Shown: positions 23,582 to 37,619, numbered from the whole stretch's first letter. The stretch: DNA of 56,066 nucleotides, filler included, from Bipalium vagum (GCA_037834085.1; 3 parts of 3 records of this genome joined end to end with filler, not necessarily neighbours in it); one strand, 5' to 3'. Translations and numbers: made by a program. The notes: generated by a model not told the origin, from the letters alone.

Positions 23582-24765
23582 TTAGGTTGTTCAAAAAATA
23601 ATGTCGCTTTTTAATATAGAACTTCGAAAGCATATATTTTAATAAAAAAATACACATAGTTAATCAAAATAAGATCTATTTGAATCAATACAGTTTGGCT
23701 TCGTTTTGATTTCTGAAAAATTTATCCTTCAGAAAATTCTGCAGATGTTTAAAAAAGTGATAATCTATGGGCGAAAGGTCTCGTGAGTAAGCTGGATGAG
23801 GCAGGGTTTTGCATTTCAACTGGTTTAATTTTTGTGAGGATGAACGTGCGGTCAAGCGTTGTCATGCGAAAGAATCACTCCCTTTCTATTGACTAAAACA
23901 GGCTGTTTTTTCTGGAGTTTCAAGTGCATCTCGTCGATTTGTTGAAAATATTTATTTGCCGTAATGGTTTCACCCGGGTTTAAGAAACTGTGATGGATGA
24001 GACCGGCTGCTGACCACCAAACAGTCACCATAACCTTCTTTTAATGAAATTTTGGTTTATAAAAGTGTTGTGGAGGTTGATTATGATCAAACCATTGACT
24101 AGAACGATGCATGCATAATCCACTTCTCATTTCATGTCTAGATACGGTCGAGAAAGGGATCAATATTGTTTCGCAAAAGTAGCAAAGATGCCACTTCAAA
24201 TCGATGATTTTTCTGTTTTTCATTGAGTTCATATAGAACTCATTTGTCAAGCTTTTTCGATTTGCCAATTTACCGCAAGTGATTCCAAATAATTCCAAAA
24301 GAAACACTCATTTCTTGAACAAGTTTAAGAACTGTTGTACAAAGATTTGTCTCCACCAAAGTCTTCAATTTGTCGTTTTCAATCACTGTCTTTCGCCCAC
24401 GACTCTCATCATCTTCAAGCGAGTCGTCACCATCAAAAAAGTTTTTGAATCAGCGTTGAAGCTTCCGTTCGTTAGCTGTTAATTCGCCGAATGCATTGTT
24501 AATATTACGACTGGCTTCTGCTGCATTATGGCCAGTTTATATTCATATATATAAAAATTTGTCATAATTGTTTCTTTTCCATTTTACGTTCTATGTTAAT
24601 TATATATATTATTTTAACTTTATATAAAAAATTAATACTACCAGAATGTAGATTGAAATCTGCGCTTTAAACTGATATACAAGTTAAGTAGTAAAACAAA
24701 ATTGTTAAATTAACGTTAAATAAATGGTTTCTTAGAAAACCGACATTATTTTTTGAACAACCTAA
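23582..24765 (-). mobile_element. Near-full-length mariner element with well-preserved 30-bp TIRs
   Basis: ttaggttgttcaaaaaataatgtcg(c/g)tttt at both ends (29/30); HDNA and HPAYSRDL motifs on the minus strand; ORF broken. Confidence 0.9.
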
Positions 24766-24961
24766 TATAATCGAACTTAATTTTATTTTTGTGAAGAAGT
24801 TTTACTTTATTTTAGTAGAATCTTTAGTGGAATTGTTATTTAGTGTAATTAAATTTCAGTGCGATCGAATGAAATAAAGTTTTATAATAACAAATATTTT
24901 TATTAAATTACAATTTAATAAAAAGAATAATAATAATTTAATAATGAGTCACTTGAGGGTG

Positions 24962-25344
24962 CTAGGACAGTTGGAATATGCATCGGGACATGAGGACAAC
25001 TGAAACATATATAAAATATAATAAATAAACAATTAATAAAAAAATTACTTATAATAAACAGTACAGTGAACCTCGAAACCTAAAATATAATAAAAATAAT
25101 AAATTAACAATCTTTAATCTTTCCAATAAACGGATCTTTGAGAATCTTGGGCCTAAAATAAATATGAACAAAAATGAAAATAAAAAGGTAACCTTAGAAA
25201 TTTTTAAAATGATAAAATATTAATAAATATATATAACAATTCATATACTATATTAATAAGAAAATATAAAATAAATGACGTCATGACAGAGGCATAGGAA
25301 TAAATAGATATACAAAACAATATAAATATGTAGGTAAAAATCAT
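24962..25344 (-). CDS. Candidate small multi-micro-exon gene (unknown product)
   Basis: GC-richer blocks 25152-25109, 25079-25049 and 24999-24962 are separated by T-rich GT..AG introns of 29 and 49 bp, with two frames open across them. Upstream ATG (25344) opens a signal-peptide-like MIFTYIFILFCISIYSYAS. AATAAA lies downstream near 24900. Exact splicing is unresolved. Confidence 0.35.
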
Positions 25345-28300
25345 AATTTCGTCTTTCAAAAACTTAGAATTAGTTTATTACAACTAATAATCAAGTTGCG
25401 AAAAAATTATTAAAATCTTGGTTTATCAAAACTAAAGATACTATAAAAAGAATTGAGTTTATCATAACTCTTGTTAATACAATAAATTCTAAGTGAATTA
25501 TCATATTCACAATTTTTAAATAATTTGATTATGCAAAACGTGAATATTATTTCTCATTTCTGTTTTATAAATAAAGTTCCAGATTTTTCTTTGTTTTCGA
25601 AATATACGATCTGGTGAACTACTCATCAGATTTGGTATTTTCACTTCAGGGCGTCTTCATTCTTCCTAATGCATATTGAATTATTCTTTAATTTAAAAAG
25701 TTGTCATTTCGATTGCAAGCATTTTATTTGTTTTGTAAAAATCCAAAAGATTGTAAATTTTCATTATAAAAGTACTTAATTTTTGTTTAAATTCTATTAA
25801 AACCTTTTTTGAAAAAAATACTTGTAATTGGTACACAACCTTCAGTAACACTTCGTAATCAGATCAAACAATAAATCAATTTTATACAAAAACCCAAGAT
25901 TTATGATAATCATCTATATGTTTCTACTTTTGTTGGTGTATAATTTTGCAGTTCCAACTAAAATAATAGTTAAGTTAATCAAATTAAACAAATAATCGAT
26001 ATAAATTTTAACAGATATCCTCAAATATTATATATATAAATAATATAAATATATTAGTTTTATTTTCCTTGACAAACGCACAAACTTAAACTGTTACAAA
26101 ACTATGGAAATTATTTCTCAAACCTTATACATTCATTTGAATAAATTTCTGTTCCAAATTTATATGTACTTTCATATTTTCTAAAAATCGAGGTAATAAT
26201 TCAATTGGTGACATAAAAATACCTAATATACAAATGAATTTTGGACTGAAAGTGGACACATCTTTGAATTTTCACTCAATATTTAACTCAATGATAGTTG
26301 ATAAGGACAATTCAAAAAACCAAATTTTTGCTGAAACGAAATTGCTAGAAGTAAAATGATTATTACCAACAAATAAGGTTGAACTTCGATATCAGTCCAG
26401 GTCCTTTGTCAATGTTAATTTAATATTTCTTATGTTTTATATTTTTTGGAATCAAATCTTACAGTGATATTTTTCATTATTTTATGAGAGCACAGCGACC
26501 TTAATAGCGATCCACTTTCTTTAAATTTAATTAAGATACTATATAATTACAAAAGTAAAGCTAAAAATAATATTATTTTGAGATTAAATTAATCATTTAA
26601 AACAAAAACAAAATGCCGCATATTGAATGAGATCTACAAATAATATCTTATCAGTCATGAGGATGACCTCGTGATTAAATAAATAAATTTTGTTTTCACC
26701 CAATCTTTGTAAGAAGTATATGCACTGGAAAATGATTTTATATACAGTGACAATCTGAATAAGCGATCACTGTTTTTGAGAGCTTAGATCTAATTTTTAT
26801 AAGAAATAATAAAGTAAATAAATATCAATATTATTAATAAAATATTACAAATCGGCGTTTCAGAGCATTGAAGTTAATGATTTAGGATTTTATTTACTTG
26901 ATAATCAAATAAGTAAATATAAATTTAATGAAAATATTATTATTGAAATGAGATAAATGGAAATCGTACAACTTGTAGTTACCCAACTCATTTTCATTTC
27001 TGTTTCACTCAATTATTTAAAGTCATTTCTACTAATATCTAAAATCATTTTTACTGATTAATTGTATATAAAAATTAGTGAATTTTATTGATCATAAAAA
27101 ACTAAATCGAAATTAAACAAAAAAAATCATTATTGTATTAGTATTATGAGCTGAGATTTCGTTGAAACTAATAAATTTCATTAAATCATTTTCTCAATAA
27201 ATAATTGAATATTTGATGCCTCGTTGAGTTCCCAATCACAGATCTTTTAGTGTGTCTTTGGATATATTATTAATAATTATTATATATAATATCTAATTAA
27301 CTATTGATAAATTTCCTCATTATTTGTATTGTAAAAATTTCTGTTATAAGATTTTTTCACATTTTATACAGTTTTATGGGTTTAAATATCATTATTTATT
27401 TTTTGTGATATTATTATTTTGTTATAATATTACACCAGTTTCAAATATTTTAATTTTTTTTATTTCTTCCTTAATCTTTTATAAAAATTTTTGTTGATCT
27501 CCAACATGACTTTCGATTAACTTGCTCCAGAAGTTATAATATTCTAGATATTAATGCACCTTATAAGAAAATATCTGTTTTATAACCCACCATGATGGTC
27601 TAGCAATTTTTGTAATGATAACTATAATATTATATAGAATAGAATTCTGGTTCTACAAGATGAATAAATTATATAAATAGTGAAATCGAATATGCATGGA
27701 CCGATTTTAGTCATTTTACATAACCTAAATTATGTAAAATTAAACTGAAAAATAGAACAAGCGAATATCTCATTTTTGGACTGAAACCAGAATTTAATTA
27801 GATTACAATTTTTTTCATGTTGTTTATTTGGAACAGGAAGAAGTCAAAACCGAACAGGATATTCATCTGTGACCAGAATAGAGAATAACTTATATTGTCT
27901 GAAAGGATAACCCACTGTTAATTTTCAAGATATTTCCAAAATTCAAATTTACAGTGAAAAATATGTTTACAGTTTGATGGTTACAAGCAAAATTAATTCA
28001 CAATGAATCTTTTACGAATCAATTATTAGATTTTGTGATATGAAATGTCCGATTTCAATAGTTAATTTTTATAAATGTTTATCAATCTTTTATTCTAAAT
28101 GTACCGAAATAAATTAAATAGTATTTTGAAATCTTCATATTAAAATACGGTATTTTCGTATTTCTTTAAACAATCCAACAATTTCTTACATAATATCATG
28201 TATGGAGCCAAAAATTTCTTTCTTAAAAAATTGATCTATAAATAAAATGTTGATTGGACAATACAGATATTTTATTATCATCTACTTTAAATTTATTAAC

Positions 28301-28679
28301 AGAAATTATTATTTGGTCCCTTTTGATCCAACACCTACTGCCATTTGACTAGTAATATTAGGATTCCATCCGCATAAAACGTTTTTTCCTATTTGCAAAG
28401 AACTGAGTAAAATGCGCATGGACAACTTCACTTGAATCGAAGATTTTTCCAGCCAAAGAATGTTACATGCAGCGAAATAAATGGAAATCAGAAGGAGCTA
28501 GATCTGTTGAATATGATGAATGTGGTAGAACATCCCATCCAAGATCAAATAGCTTCTGCCGAGTCACCAAATTTGTATGAGGTATGGGATTGTCTTATTG
28601 ATAAACTATTCCTTTTCTGTTGGTCAATGATGGCCTCTCTAGCTTGATACACTCATGTAATTTATCCAATTGACTGCAG

Positions 28680-29245
28680 TAAACTTCGGAATTAATGGTC
28701 CTGTTGCTCGGTAGCCACGATGGAGGAAATTTGTTCTGCGGAAGGTGAGCAAGTCAACAGTAGAATTTTTGTTTCTACTTTTCAAACAAGGGAATACCAG
28801 TCTTGAAGATGATCCTAGGTCCAAAAGACTATCTATTGTAGAATTTGAAACCATGCGACAAGCTTTCGAAGCATCACCGCAAGCGAGTACTCGTAGATTG
28901 TTGGAAGAGCTTTGCTGTTCTTTAAAATCATCACACTGAAAACTGGTCAAACTCTGGAAGATCCCACGAGTTGATCCATCAACAAGTACAGAGGTGGTGG
29001 AGGCCTGCAAAAACAGCTACTGGATATGGGTTCGGGTGAGTGGATAATCATACTGATTGTGACCTGTGATAAAAAGAGATCTGCAATCTAGACGTCAGAA
29101 ATAAGTGGTTGGATCCCGGCGAACTTCCACAACCCGTTGGTAAACATGTACGCTTTGAACACAAGATCATGTTGTTTGTTTAGTAAAATTTCGAGGGTCA
29201 CTTTATTTTGAATTTGTTTCTGATGGATGTGCTATTAATTCCCAC
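28680..29245 (+). mobile_element. Mariner transposase remnant (5' two-thirds)
   Basis: FKQGNTSLEDDPRS.R, ASTRRL and IVTCDKK motifs. Confidence 0.75.
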
Positions 29246-30005
29246 CTCACCATAATAATATGTTGAAATTTAATTGGTAATTATGTATATGATGGTTCTA
29301 CTAGACTTTGATACTTAAATAAATGTAATAAATTTAAAATTCCAACCTGATTATGTTTTTTTCTGTTACTTCTATTTAATTAGTATTCAGTTACATGTTG
29401 GTTTAATGTTCCTTCTATCTGTTCTGCTTTGGAAAGTTTTTCTGTTTGAGAATAAAATTAATAAGTTATTATTACCTTTTTTCTTCATTTCTCTTAAATT
29501 TGTGAATACATAACCATCTAATATGAACTTAATAACCAAATTTATCTTTAAAAATTTTTAAATAATGTTTAATTATATTCCTTAATGCAGACATAACGAT
29601 AAACGTTTTTTTCTTTTGTTTTCTTAATTCATTTTTCTCTTCAACATTAGTTCTTTGATATCAATATTTTTCATATCCTTTAACCGATTTTATTTCATTT
29701 TTATAAATTGCTTCGTTTCTAAGAAGTTATTTAAATAACTTAGTATTTATATGATCTCAATTCTGTAAATGTTTTATTGATCTTAACTGGCACAATAAAA
29801 TGGCAGTCTCTGAAATTCCATGTCACATATTTCACAATTAAATATTTCACGAATTCTAATTTGATTATATAAAATTTAAAGTGACTTTGTCATTTCAAAT
29901 ATTTATTAAAGCTACTTTTCCTTGAAAATATATATATCACAAACCTCTCAATAAAAATTAATAATCATCCTATTTTTCCAAAGATATAAAAACTTATTAC
30001 CTCAT

Positions 30006-30251
30006 TGTTAGTTGAAAATTAATCGAAGATACCCGGATTTGATCCCGGGACCTTCACACGCGCATGGACTGCTCTGACCGCTGAGCTACATCCCCAAATT
30101 AATTTCAAATTATCTCACATACCCCTCCTTTAAAGCTCATATCCATACCCTTTACCACCCCGAGTCTCTAACTTTAATTTCCTTTCCTTTTGCTTATTCA
30201 ACTTTCAAGACCTTGTCCGCTGGTTGGGCTTCTAGTGTGGTCGCCATGTTA
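30006..30251 (-). mobile_element. TRIM-like element: TAACA + PBS + 127-bp interior + PPT + tRNA-containing 3' LTR (5' LTR mostly missing)
   Basis: Minus strand reads TAACA|TGGCGACCAC (PBS 30246-30237) ... AAAGGAGGGGTA (PPT 30131-30120)|TGTGAG...CTAACA (LTR 30119-30006). Confidence 0.75.
30024..30095 (-). tRNA. tRNA-Ala-derived sequence, second copy, probably non-functional (embedded in LTR)
   Basis: GGGGATGTAGCTCAGCGGTCAGAGC...GGTCCCGGGATCAAATCCGGGTATCTTCG; same disrupted anticodon arm as the 3118 copy. Confidence 0.65.
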
Positions 30252-30699
30252 ACAGCTATTTCAATAAATTCAGACATGATTTCAAAAATTTTATTATTCT
30301 AATAAAAATAAAAATACTTAAACAAATTTCCTTAAATTAATAAATTTAAATAAAGTGTCTCTTTTTTATTTATTATTTTAAAAAGATATTTTAAAATTAA
30401 CTAATACATTAAATTAATGAATATTCATATCGGATTTTAAAAAGGACACTTTATAAAAATTTAAAAATTCAAAAATATGTTCAAATACTCACACTCATGA
30501 AATCAAGTTTTAACTAATTCTTATCACATATGTATAAGAAATATACGTAATGTGTAAAATGATAAAATTACAGAGTTTTCAGATTTTCTGTCGAACTAAT
30601 TGTTTTACATACGACTTATATTTACCTAATATCAGCTTTAAATAGTTTTTAAAGAACTTTTAAATAAGCACCATTAGAAGACGCATAAAAATTGTTAAT

Positions 30700-31560
30700 A
30701 ACACATTTAAGATGTGGAACATATGTTATATTTCATATGGAGAAAATCACTAGATCAGGTGCATAAAACGTTTTCAAAACTTTATGATAAATCAATCTCG
30801 TCCTCAAAATGTTTTTCAATTTCAGTGATGATGACGTAGACTTTAATGACAAGGAAAAAAGGTCAACCGAAATAGTTGGAAGGTAGTAGGGAGAAACAAT
30901 ACTGAAATGGAAATGTCGTTGTCTAAAGAACTGAACACTCATAACTCATCAATTTTCAGATTGCAGGTGGGAAGATTATTTGTGAGTTGAATTAAATTTC
31001 AAAAACCGATGATCTGAATATTTTCATACTTTTTCTTATTCGAGAGAAAAAATTGTTTGTTGATAATTGTTTCCGGACAATAAAAATGGATTTATTCCAA
31101 TTAGTCAAAAAACAGAAAGGTTTTAATTAGATAGAAATACAGAAATCATAAGTTACTATTTTTAATCAGTTAGATATGCAATTTATTGTGTACCATCAGC
31201 TACTGAAAAAGAATAAAAATGTAACAATTATCAAGAAAAGATTTAAGTAAAATATAAAATTTGAATAATGAAATGATCCAATAGGTTATGATCCAAATGA
31301 TACAATAGAGGCAATCGACCCAATTATTCTCTTGCATAGCAAAGGCCCACTACATCGTCGTATTCCGTAATTGAAAAGCTTTTCACACACAATAGACGGT
31401 CCAGTGTAGCCCGTTTTGATTTTCATTTATTTAGATTATTCTTTTTAAAAAATTCTAAAATTAATCAAGAGAGATTTTTATCCAAAAGTTTTTCATACCT
31501 TCCGAAAAGTTAAAAATTTTATTCGAAATTATACCGTAAATATTAATAATTCTTTTCAGA
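30700..31560 (+). mobile_element. Highly degenerate mariner remnant
   Basis: Residual F.....DFNDKEKR, KWIYSN, LLHSKGP and ARFDFHLFR-like motifs in mariner order. Confidence 0.5.
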
Positions 31561-33182
31561 GTAGGTATGAATTATCTTCGCAGATTTTCATTTGTTATTA
31601 TATGAGGTTTTCAATTGTTGGGATAAAAGCGTTGCTGTCTGAATTTAAATTAACGGAAATAAGTGAAGCTCTACAAAATGGATTAATTAATGAGAATTAA
31701 TTAAAATCTTGGTCTTAATAAAAAAAACATTTATTTGTTATTTTTAGTAATTATTTTAACTAAAAATGAATGAGGTTTGATATTTCTTAAATATTTGAAG
31801 TAATATAATAAAATATAAAATCAACAATATATAAATAAAATGAAAAATGGTTTTATTGATCAAAATTTCTTTAAATAGGTAATATTATTTTATATTAGAA
31901 AATATGAGATAATTCATTTGTATAATCAATAAATATTTTCTTTTTTTATTTAGATATATTTTCCTTGCCTCATTTGCATCTGTACCTTTTCGGAAATAAA
32001 AAAGTAATAAATGTCTGAAATGGGTCTTTTCTGCATTCATTTCAAATTTTTAACGTAGAAAAATATGATATTTGTAAAAAATTAAAAATGTATCATACTA
32101 TATATATATATGTCTATCGATTATTAAAATCTATAATGCGATAATGATTAAAAAATATTTTTATTACCTTAAAATATGAAGAAAATATAATTTCAAAACA
32201 CGAAATTACTTTCCGAACAACTTAATAAATAAATTAAGAAAAACTCAACATTATATTTAGTCGAGATTGATAAATTCATCTTTTTTTCAATTTTTTTAAC
32301 TCTAATGAAATTTATTTTTATCTAAAGAATTTTAATAAAATTTAAATTATTTCTAAAATTGAAAAATAAATTTTGATCAATAATATATAATATAAATAAA
32401 AATAATAAATAATATTTTCTTAATTTGGTTAATTTAATATTATAAAAAACAAGTTTTGGTTAAAGTATATAATATTGAAAAAGATAATAAAAATAACAGG
32501 ATAATTTCATTTAATATTTTATTAATTAATAAATGTAATATTATGAGCGGAAACTTTTAGTAAATGGAATATCTATGTATCTGACATTATAGTTTGATGA
32601 AATTCATAATGGAATCCGGTTATTGATCCGATTAAATTCCGTTGAAAATAATTAATAAAAAAGGAAAATTTATGCCAAAAGAAAAAGTAATTGGATCAGA
32701 ATATTAAAGAATATATATTTTATTATATTTTAGTCTTAGCAAATTTTGATAGTTAAAATTTTTGCAAAAATTATACATTTCGTGTTATGAAAATTACATT
32801 TTCCTTAAAATATTAATTATTGCTTACGGATCCCAAAATATGCAAATTTGTTAATTTTAATTAGAAATAACTAAGATTAAAATAATTAATTATTTAATTA
32901 ATATTAATTAATTCTAAAAAAAAGTGGCTCATGGGATGATACACAATCCAGGTTATTCTGGTCCTTACTGTAATGCTTGACAACGCATATCTAAGAAATA
33001 AAATAAGCCAAGAACTTCAGTATTTGTTGAGAAATTCATTCGAAAAAGAAAAATATTATGAGTAATTAATTAAATGTTAAAAAGCCAAAATATATCATAA
33101 AGTAAATTATTATAAAATTATAAGTAAAATAAGATGGAAATAAAAGTAAATATGTAATTTAAATAAAAATATTAATTAAGTA

Positions 33183-33640
33183 CAGTACTCTCCAAAAGCT
33201 TGTTCACACCCTATCAAAATAAATAAGAACGAATTTAAGTCAAGATATATTTATCAAATATTTACCACAATTACATTCTAATACTTAGTTGGATGTCCTT
33301 TCATATTGAGAACAGATTTGACTCGCATCTCCACTGATTCCACGAGATTTTGACATTATTTTCTATCCAAAGAATACCAATGTTGTCGAACTGCTTTCCA
33401 CAATTGTTTTTTTGGAATGGCATGGAACATGTTGCATTGCATGCTTAAGGTATCCAAAATTATTTTCAATTTAGTTGACATCAGGAGAATTTCCTGGCAA
33501 ATCTAGCACATAAATATTTTTAATTTTAAAGTACATATACGTGCTCAAAGCTCTGTGTGGAGGTTCAAATAAAATCAAAATCTCAAATAATTTCATTTTA
33601 TGTCTAAAGTGCATTTACAGGATGTCTCCAAAGTATTATT
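33183..33640 (-). mobile_element. Tc1 (DD34E) 3' fragment
   Basis: TA|CAGTACTCTCCAAAAG terminus; minus strand reads LPGNSPDVN*IEN and RVKSVLNMKGHPTKY*. Confidence 0.78.
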
Positions 33641-36600
33641 CTAGAGCTTTTTTTCTTTACCTTCGAAACCTGTAACAAAGAAATTGTCTAAGGTTTCTGA
33701 AAAGATAAAAGTCAAATTTAGAGAATATTGTGAATGTTTAATCGATTCGTAATTTCTATTGGGCATTTGATTAATGACTGATGAATATGTTATTTAATTA
33801 TGAGACGTTTACAAATTAATGACTCCTAAATTGGTGTTATATTAATCATTCTAATAGATGAAAAGAGGCTTTTACAACGAACTAATGTTCTCAGCAAATA
33901 ATTAAAGTGACTAAATGAACAAAATAATAATCCTTTTCATAGAAGAACTCAATCTACATTAGGAAAATTTAAGACTTATTCGAAGAAAACTAATCAATAA
34001 TAGTTCACTGGACGTGAATGCTATAAATAGCACAAAAAGAAAATATGGGTAACTAATTATTTACAAAGGAAAAAATGAGGAATATTATTTTTGCTCTACA
34101 AATTACTTAATTGTGAATATATATTCACCTACTTTACCTTAATTCTTGAATTTCTTATAAAATTCAATTGTTGAAATTATGATAAAATTCACTAATAGAA
34201 TGAAATCTTTTTTAATTTGAATTTATAATAAAATTATATTATTATTATTAAGTATTTATAATAAAAACTTTTCTTTATATTTTAGTTTTTATTAAATAAA
34301 ATCTTGGCTACATGTAATGAAAATTCTTTGAAATTCTCACTCTTTGATTTGTTAATTTAATACTAAATTTATGCAGCGTGTGCCTTTGTGTGAGTGTGCG
34401 TCTACCCGCACCTATGGATTTCAAAAGATATTTTTTAAATATTATACTGTTCATTTTAATTTTATTCGACATTATTCGAATATTATGAACTATTGATTAA
34501 TTTTTATTTTATATTAATTTAAAGTATATTAATTAATATTAAGTTTTTCATATACAAAATAAGATAAATATTGATTATAAAATGAATGCTAATTATGCAT
34601 GCTTCAATTTTTTTTACTGATAACGATTTTCTGATTTCATTTGGATTTACTGATGGGTTTGAATTCGGGTTTTTAAAATTTATTTTAGACTTCCACATCT
34701 CGTTTTTTTGCCAATGTTAGCACACTTTTGGGAGCTGGTACGTCATATTGATGAAAAAAGATTTCTTTCTTCGTTAGGTTAAGAAAATCATTGTAGTTGA
34801 TTGTCTTATCTTTCACTCATCAAATTTACTATATCTTTATGAGTTTCTTTTCTGCTAATCAATTTTAAATAGATGTTCAATAACTGCTCAAAAATTTTGC
34901 CTTCTTTAAGTGCAAACAAATACACATGCATTTAAACAAGTACTCAATTTATAGAATTATGTGAAATGTTACAGATATACAAGGTAGACTATTTTTTCAG
35001 ATAGTAATAAGTTTTTTCAATTGTAATATATTACATTTAGCACTTTGTATATTTTATGTCAAGTTCAAATTTCGATCAGAAGAAAGTTTGCCAGTGTTTG
35101 GTTGATATGGACAACTTAAGGAAAAACTAATATAAAATTAGTTAGTTAAATTATAAGATTTTTTTCTTGAAAATTTTGTTACAACTTCATAACTTTCAAA
35201 ATTTATTAACACATGAATTTTTTTTAAAAAACTCAGAAATTCAAAGAATAAACCCATCGGAACTAAAAATAATAATTAATCCCAGGACTAAATTATTACC
35301 TTTATTATTATGATCTAAGTTTCTGTACTATCTTTTCCTTGTTCATTCATTGTACTTGAGATTTGGCAAGGTTTTATTCGATATTTTCGATATATTCATA
35401 GTACAATCCATTGATTCGTATATAATCAAATATATCCCGGAAAAGTTTAGAATAGTTTTTATGGAGATCATTCTTTAACCATCGAAGTAATCTGGCTTTA
35501 TAATTTCTATTTTAACTAGCACTCTCTCATAATGTAATAAAGGTAATTTTCTCTCCGTATGTATTCACTTAGAAGTTCAATTTTTTACTCAAATTACACA
35601 AAATTGATAATTAATGCTAAATCCAATCCACATTAATAAATCAATTTTTTGGGATGGGCGCAGTAATTAATCGTTAAACCGAAAATTGACATTTTTAATG
35701 TACAGCCCTCACTAAAGTTGAATGTAATTAGAATTTCAGCCCCTGACATTCCACGCTGAAACACGTACGATTTCGAAAAAAGATATAAAATATAAAGATA
35801 TTTCAGGTATTTTATGTACCATACATAAAATATGAATGCCAAGGGGAATGAAATTGGTAATATAATAATATTAAAATAAATTTGTAAAAGGTTCGTAAAA
35901 TTTTATAAATCAGCTTTTGTTCATTGTTATAGGTTTGTTTGAAAGGAAATGATCATTAAAACAATTATTATAAAAGTGAATATCAAACATATTAAATATT
36001 TCCCAAATTTATAATGTGACTTCATTGGATATTTTTGTTTTAATATCATGAAATAATATAAATAAAATCTATGTGTTCTTCTGTGGATATGACATATTTT
36101 TACAAAAAACACCCAATTATTTTACAAACATTATTTCAAAAATTATAACATAAAAAGAAATAATAAATAATAAATATAATATATTGCAAAATATATAATT
36201 GTCGTATAAATTCGGTAGAATAGATTTCAATAAAATTGGAGATGAGTGATAATATTTATGGACAAAATTCAAGCCAGAATTTGTACTTCGTTCAGTTTGT
36301 ACTGTTAATGTTTATTTTAGAATTTTGTGGCATTTAACTAAATGTAAATTAAATATAATCAATTAACAGTTCTATTTTGTGAAATGTCTTGACTGAAAGT
36401 TTGAGTTTTGAGGAAATAAAACTTGAACTACAATTCATAATTAATCCTATCACCAGAAAATCTGTTTTCAAAGAATTCTAAATTCTGAAAAATGAAGAAT
36501 TAGATTTTATGAAAATTGTAATTATTAAAACAAAATTGGTATTTTTTAATAATTATTTTAATTAAGACATTGGAAAATCAGATTCTAAATTATCAATCCA

Positions 36601-36654
36601 ATTCTTCATTGGTATGATATTAATTTTATAAAAATTATGCCAACTGTATTAGTA

Positions 36655-36659
<5 letters not shown>

Positions 36660-36727
<68 letters not shown>
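36660..36727. repeat. (ATT)n microsatellite abutting assembly gap
   Basis: Directly visible. Confidence 0.97.
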
Positions 36728-36827
36728 NNNNNNNNNNNNNNNNNNNNNNNNNNNNNNNNNNNNNNNNNNNNTTAATTAATTAANNNNNNNNNNNNNNNNN
36801 NNNNNNNNNNNNNNNNNNNNNNNNNNN
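36728..36827. other. Assembly gap with artificial linker
   Basis: 44 N + TTAATTAATTAA + 44 N. Confidence 0.97.
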
Positions 36828-37619
36828 ATTTAAATTGTCACCAGATTATTAATCAAACTGATTAAGTAAAACAAACAGCGAGAATTAATGCAACTACCCA
36901 ATATAATATTTCAGGATAAATAATATATTAATTGACTTGGTTTTTTTATATGGTCAAATGATTTTGGCATTTTGTATTAAACATGAGCATCTTAGTGTTC
37001 CCCGATTAATTTGGTTGTATAATATTAGAAATAAAGGGTATGATTATATTGCCCGAATCTCATAAATTATTACGGAAACATTTCCATTTAGTCCTTGTTT
37101 TGAGAGTTTGTTATTTTTGTTTCAGGAACACATTATAACTGCTGAAAAGATTTATATTATTTTTGAAGTGTCGACGACAGTAAAATATTTTTTTTCAATA
37201 CAAACAGAAAAAGTTCTTATTATTACAAATGGGAATCTGTGAAATGAACGCAGTTAATGTTCGTGGAGTGAATGAACTTCAAAAGGATTAGAATTTTGAT
37301 TTTCAGAGAAGTCTATGACAAAATGAACACAACGCCACCATTAATCTTAGGGAGCAGATAGTTTCGTCAAAAGTCATTCTGACAGAAAGAAGATGCTTTT
37401 GCCAAAATATTACGTATTTGGCATGATGCAAAGTCATGTTTTACAAGATTATTAGATTTCAAGGCTACAAAAAGATCTAAGTTTTCTAAACTTGTCAATT
37501 CTAAATTAAAGGAAAGAAAATAAAAAAAATTAATATTCTTTTGCTTGTAGCAGGTTTTCAAATATGAAATAAAAACTTTTAAAAACTCTAAACACAAGGA
37601 TTTTTTATTCAGCAAAGTA

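Noticed and set aside
30136-30140. CTCAT repeated at 30001-30005 and 30136-30140 as a TSD
   Set aside because: The second copy lies inside the interior beyond the PPT, not at an LTR terminus; a chance 5-mer match is likely.
35370-35580. BACK/Kelch-like peptide LLRWLKNDL..LFRDIFDYIRINGL on the minus strand
   Set aside because: Short, frameshifted and without supporting exons; cannot be distinguished from chance.
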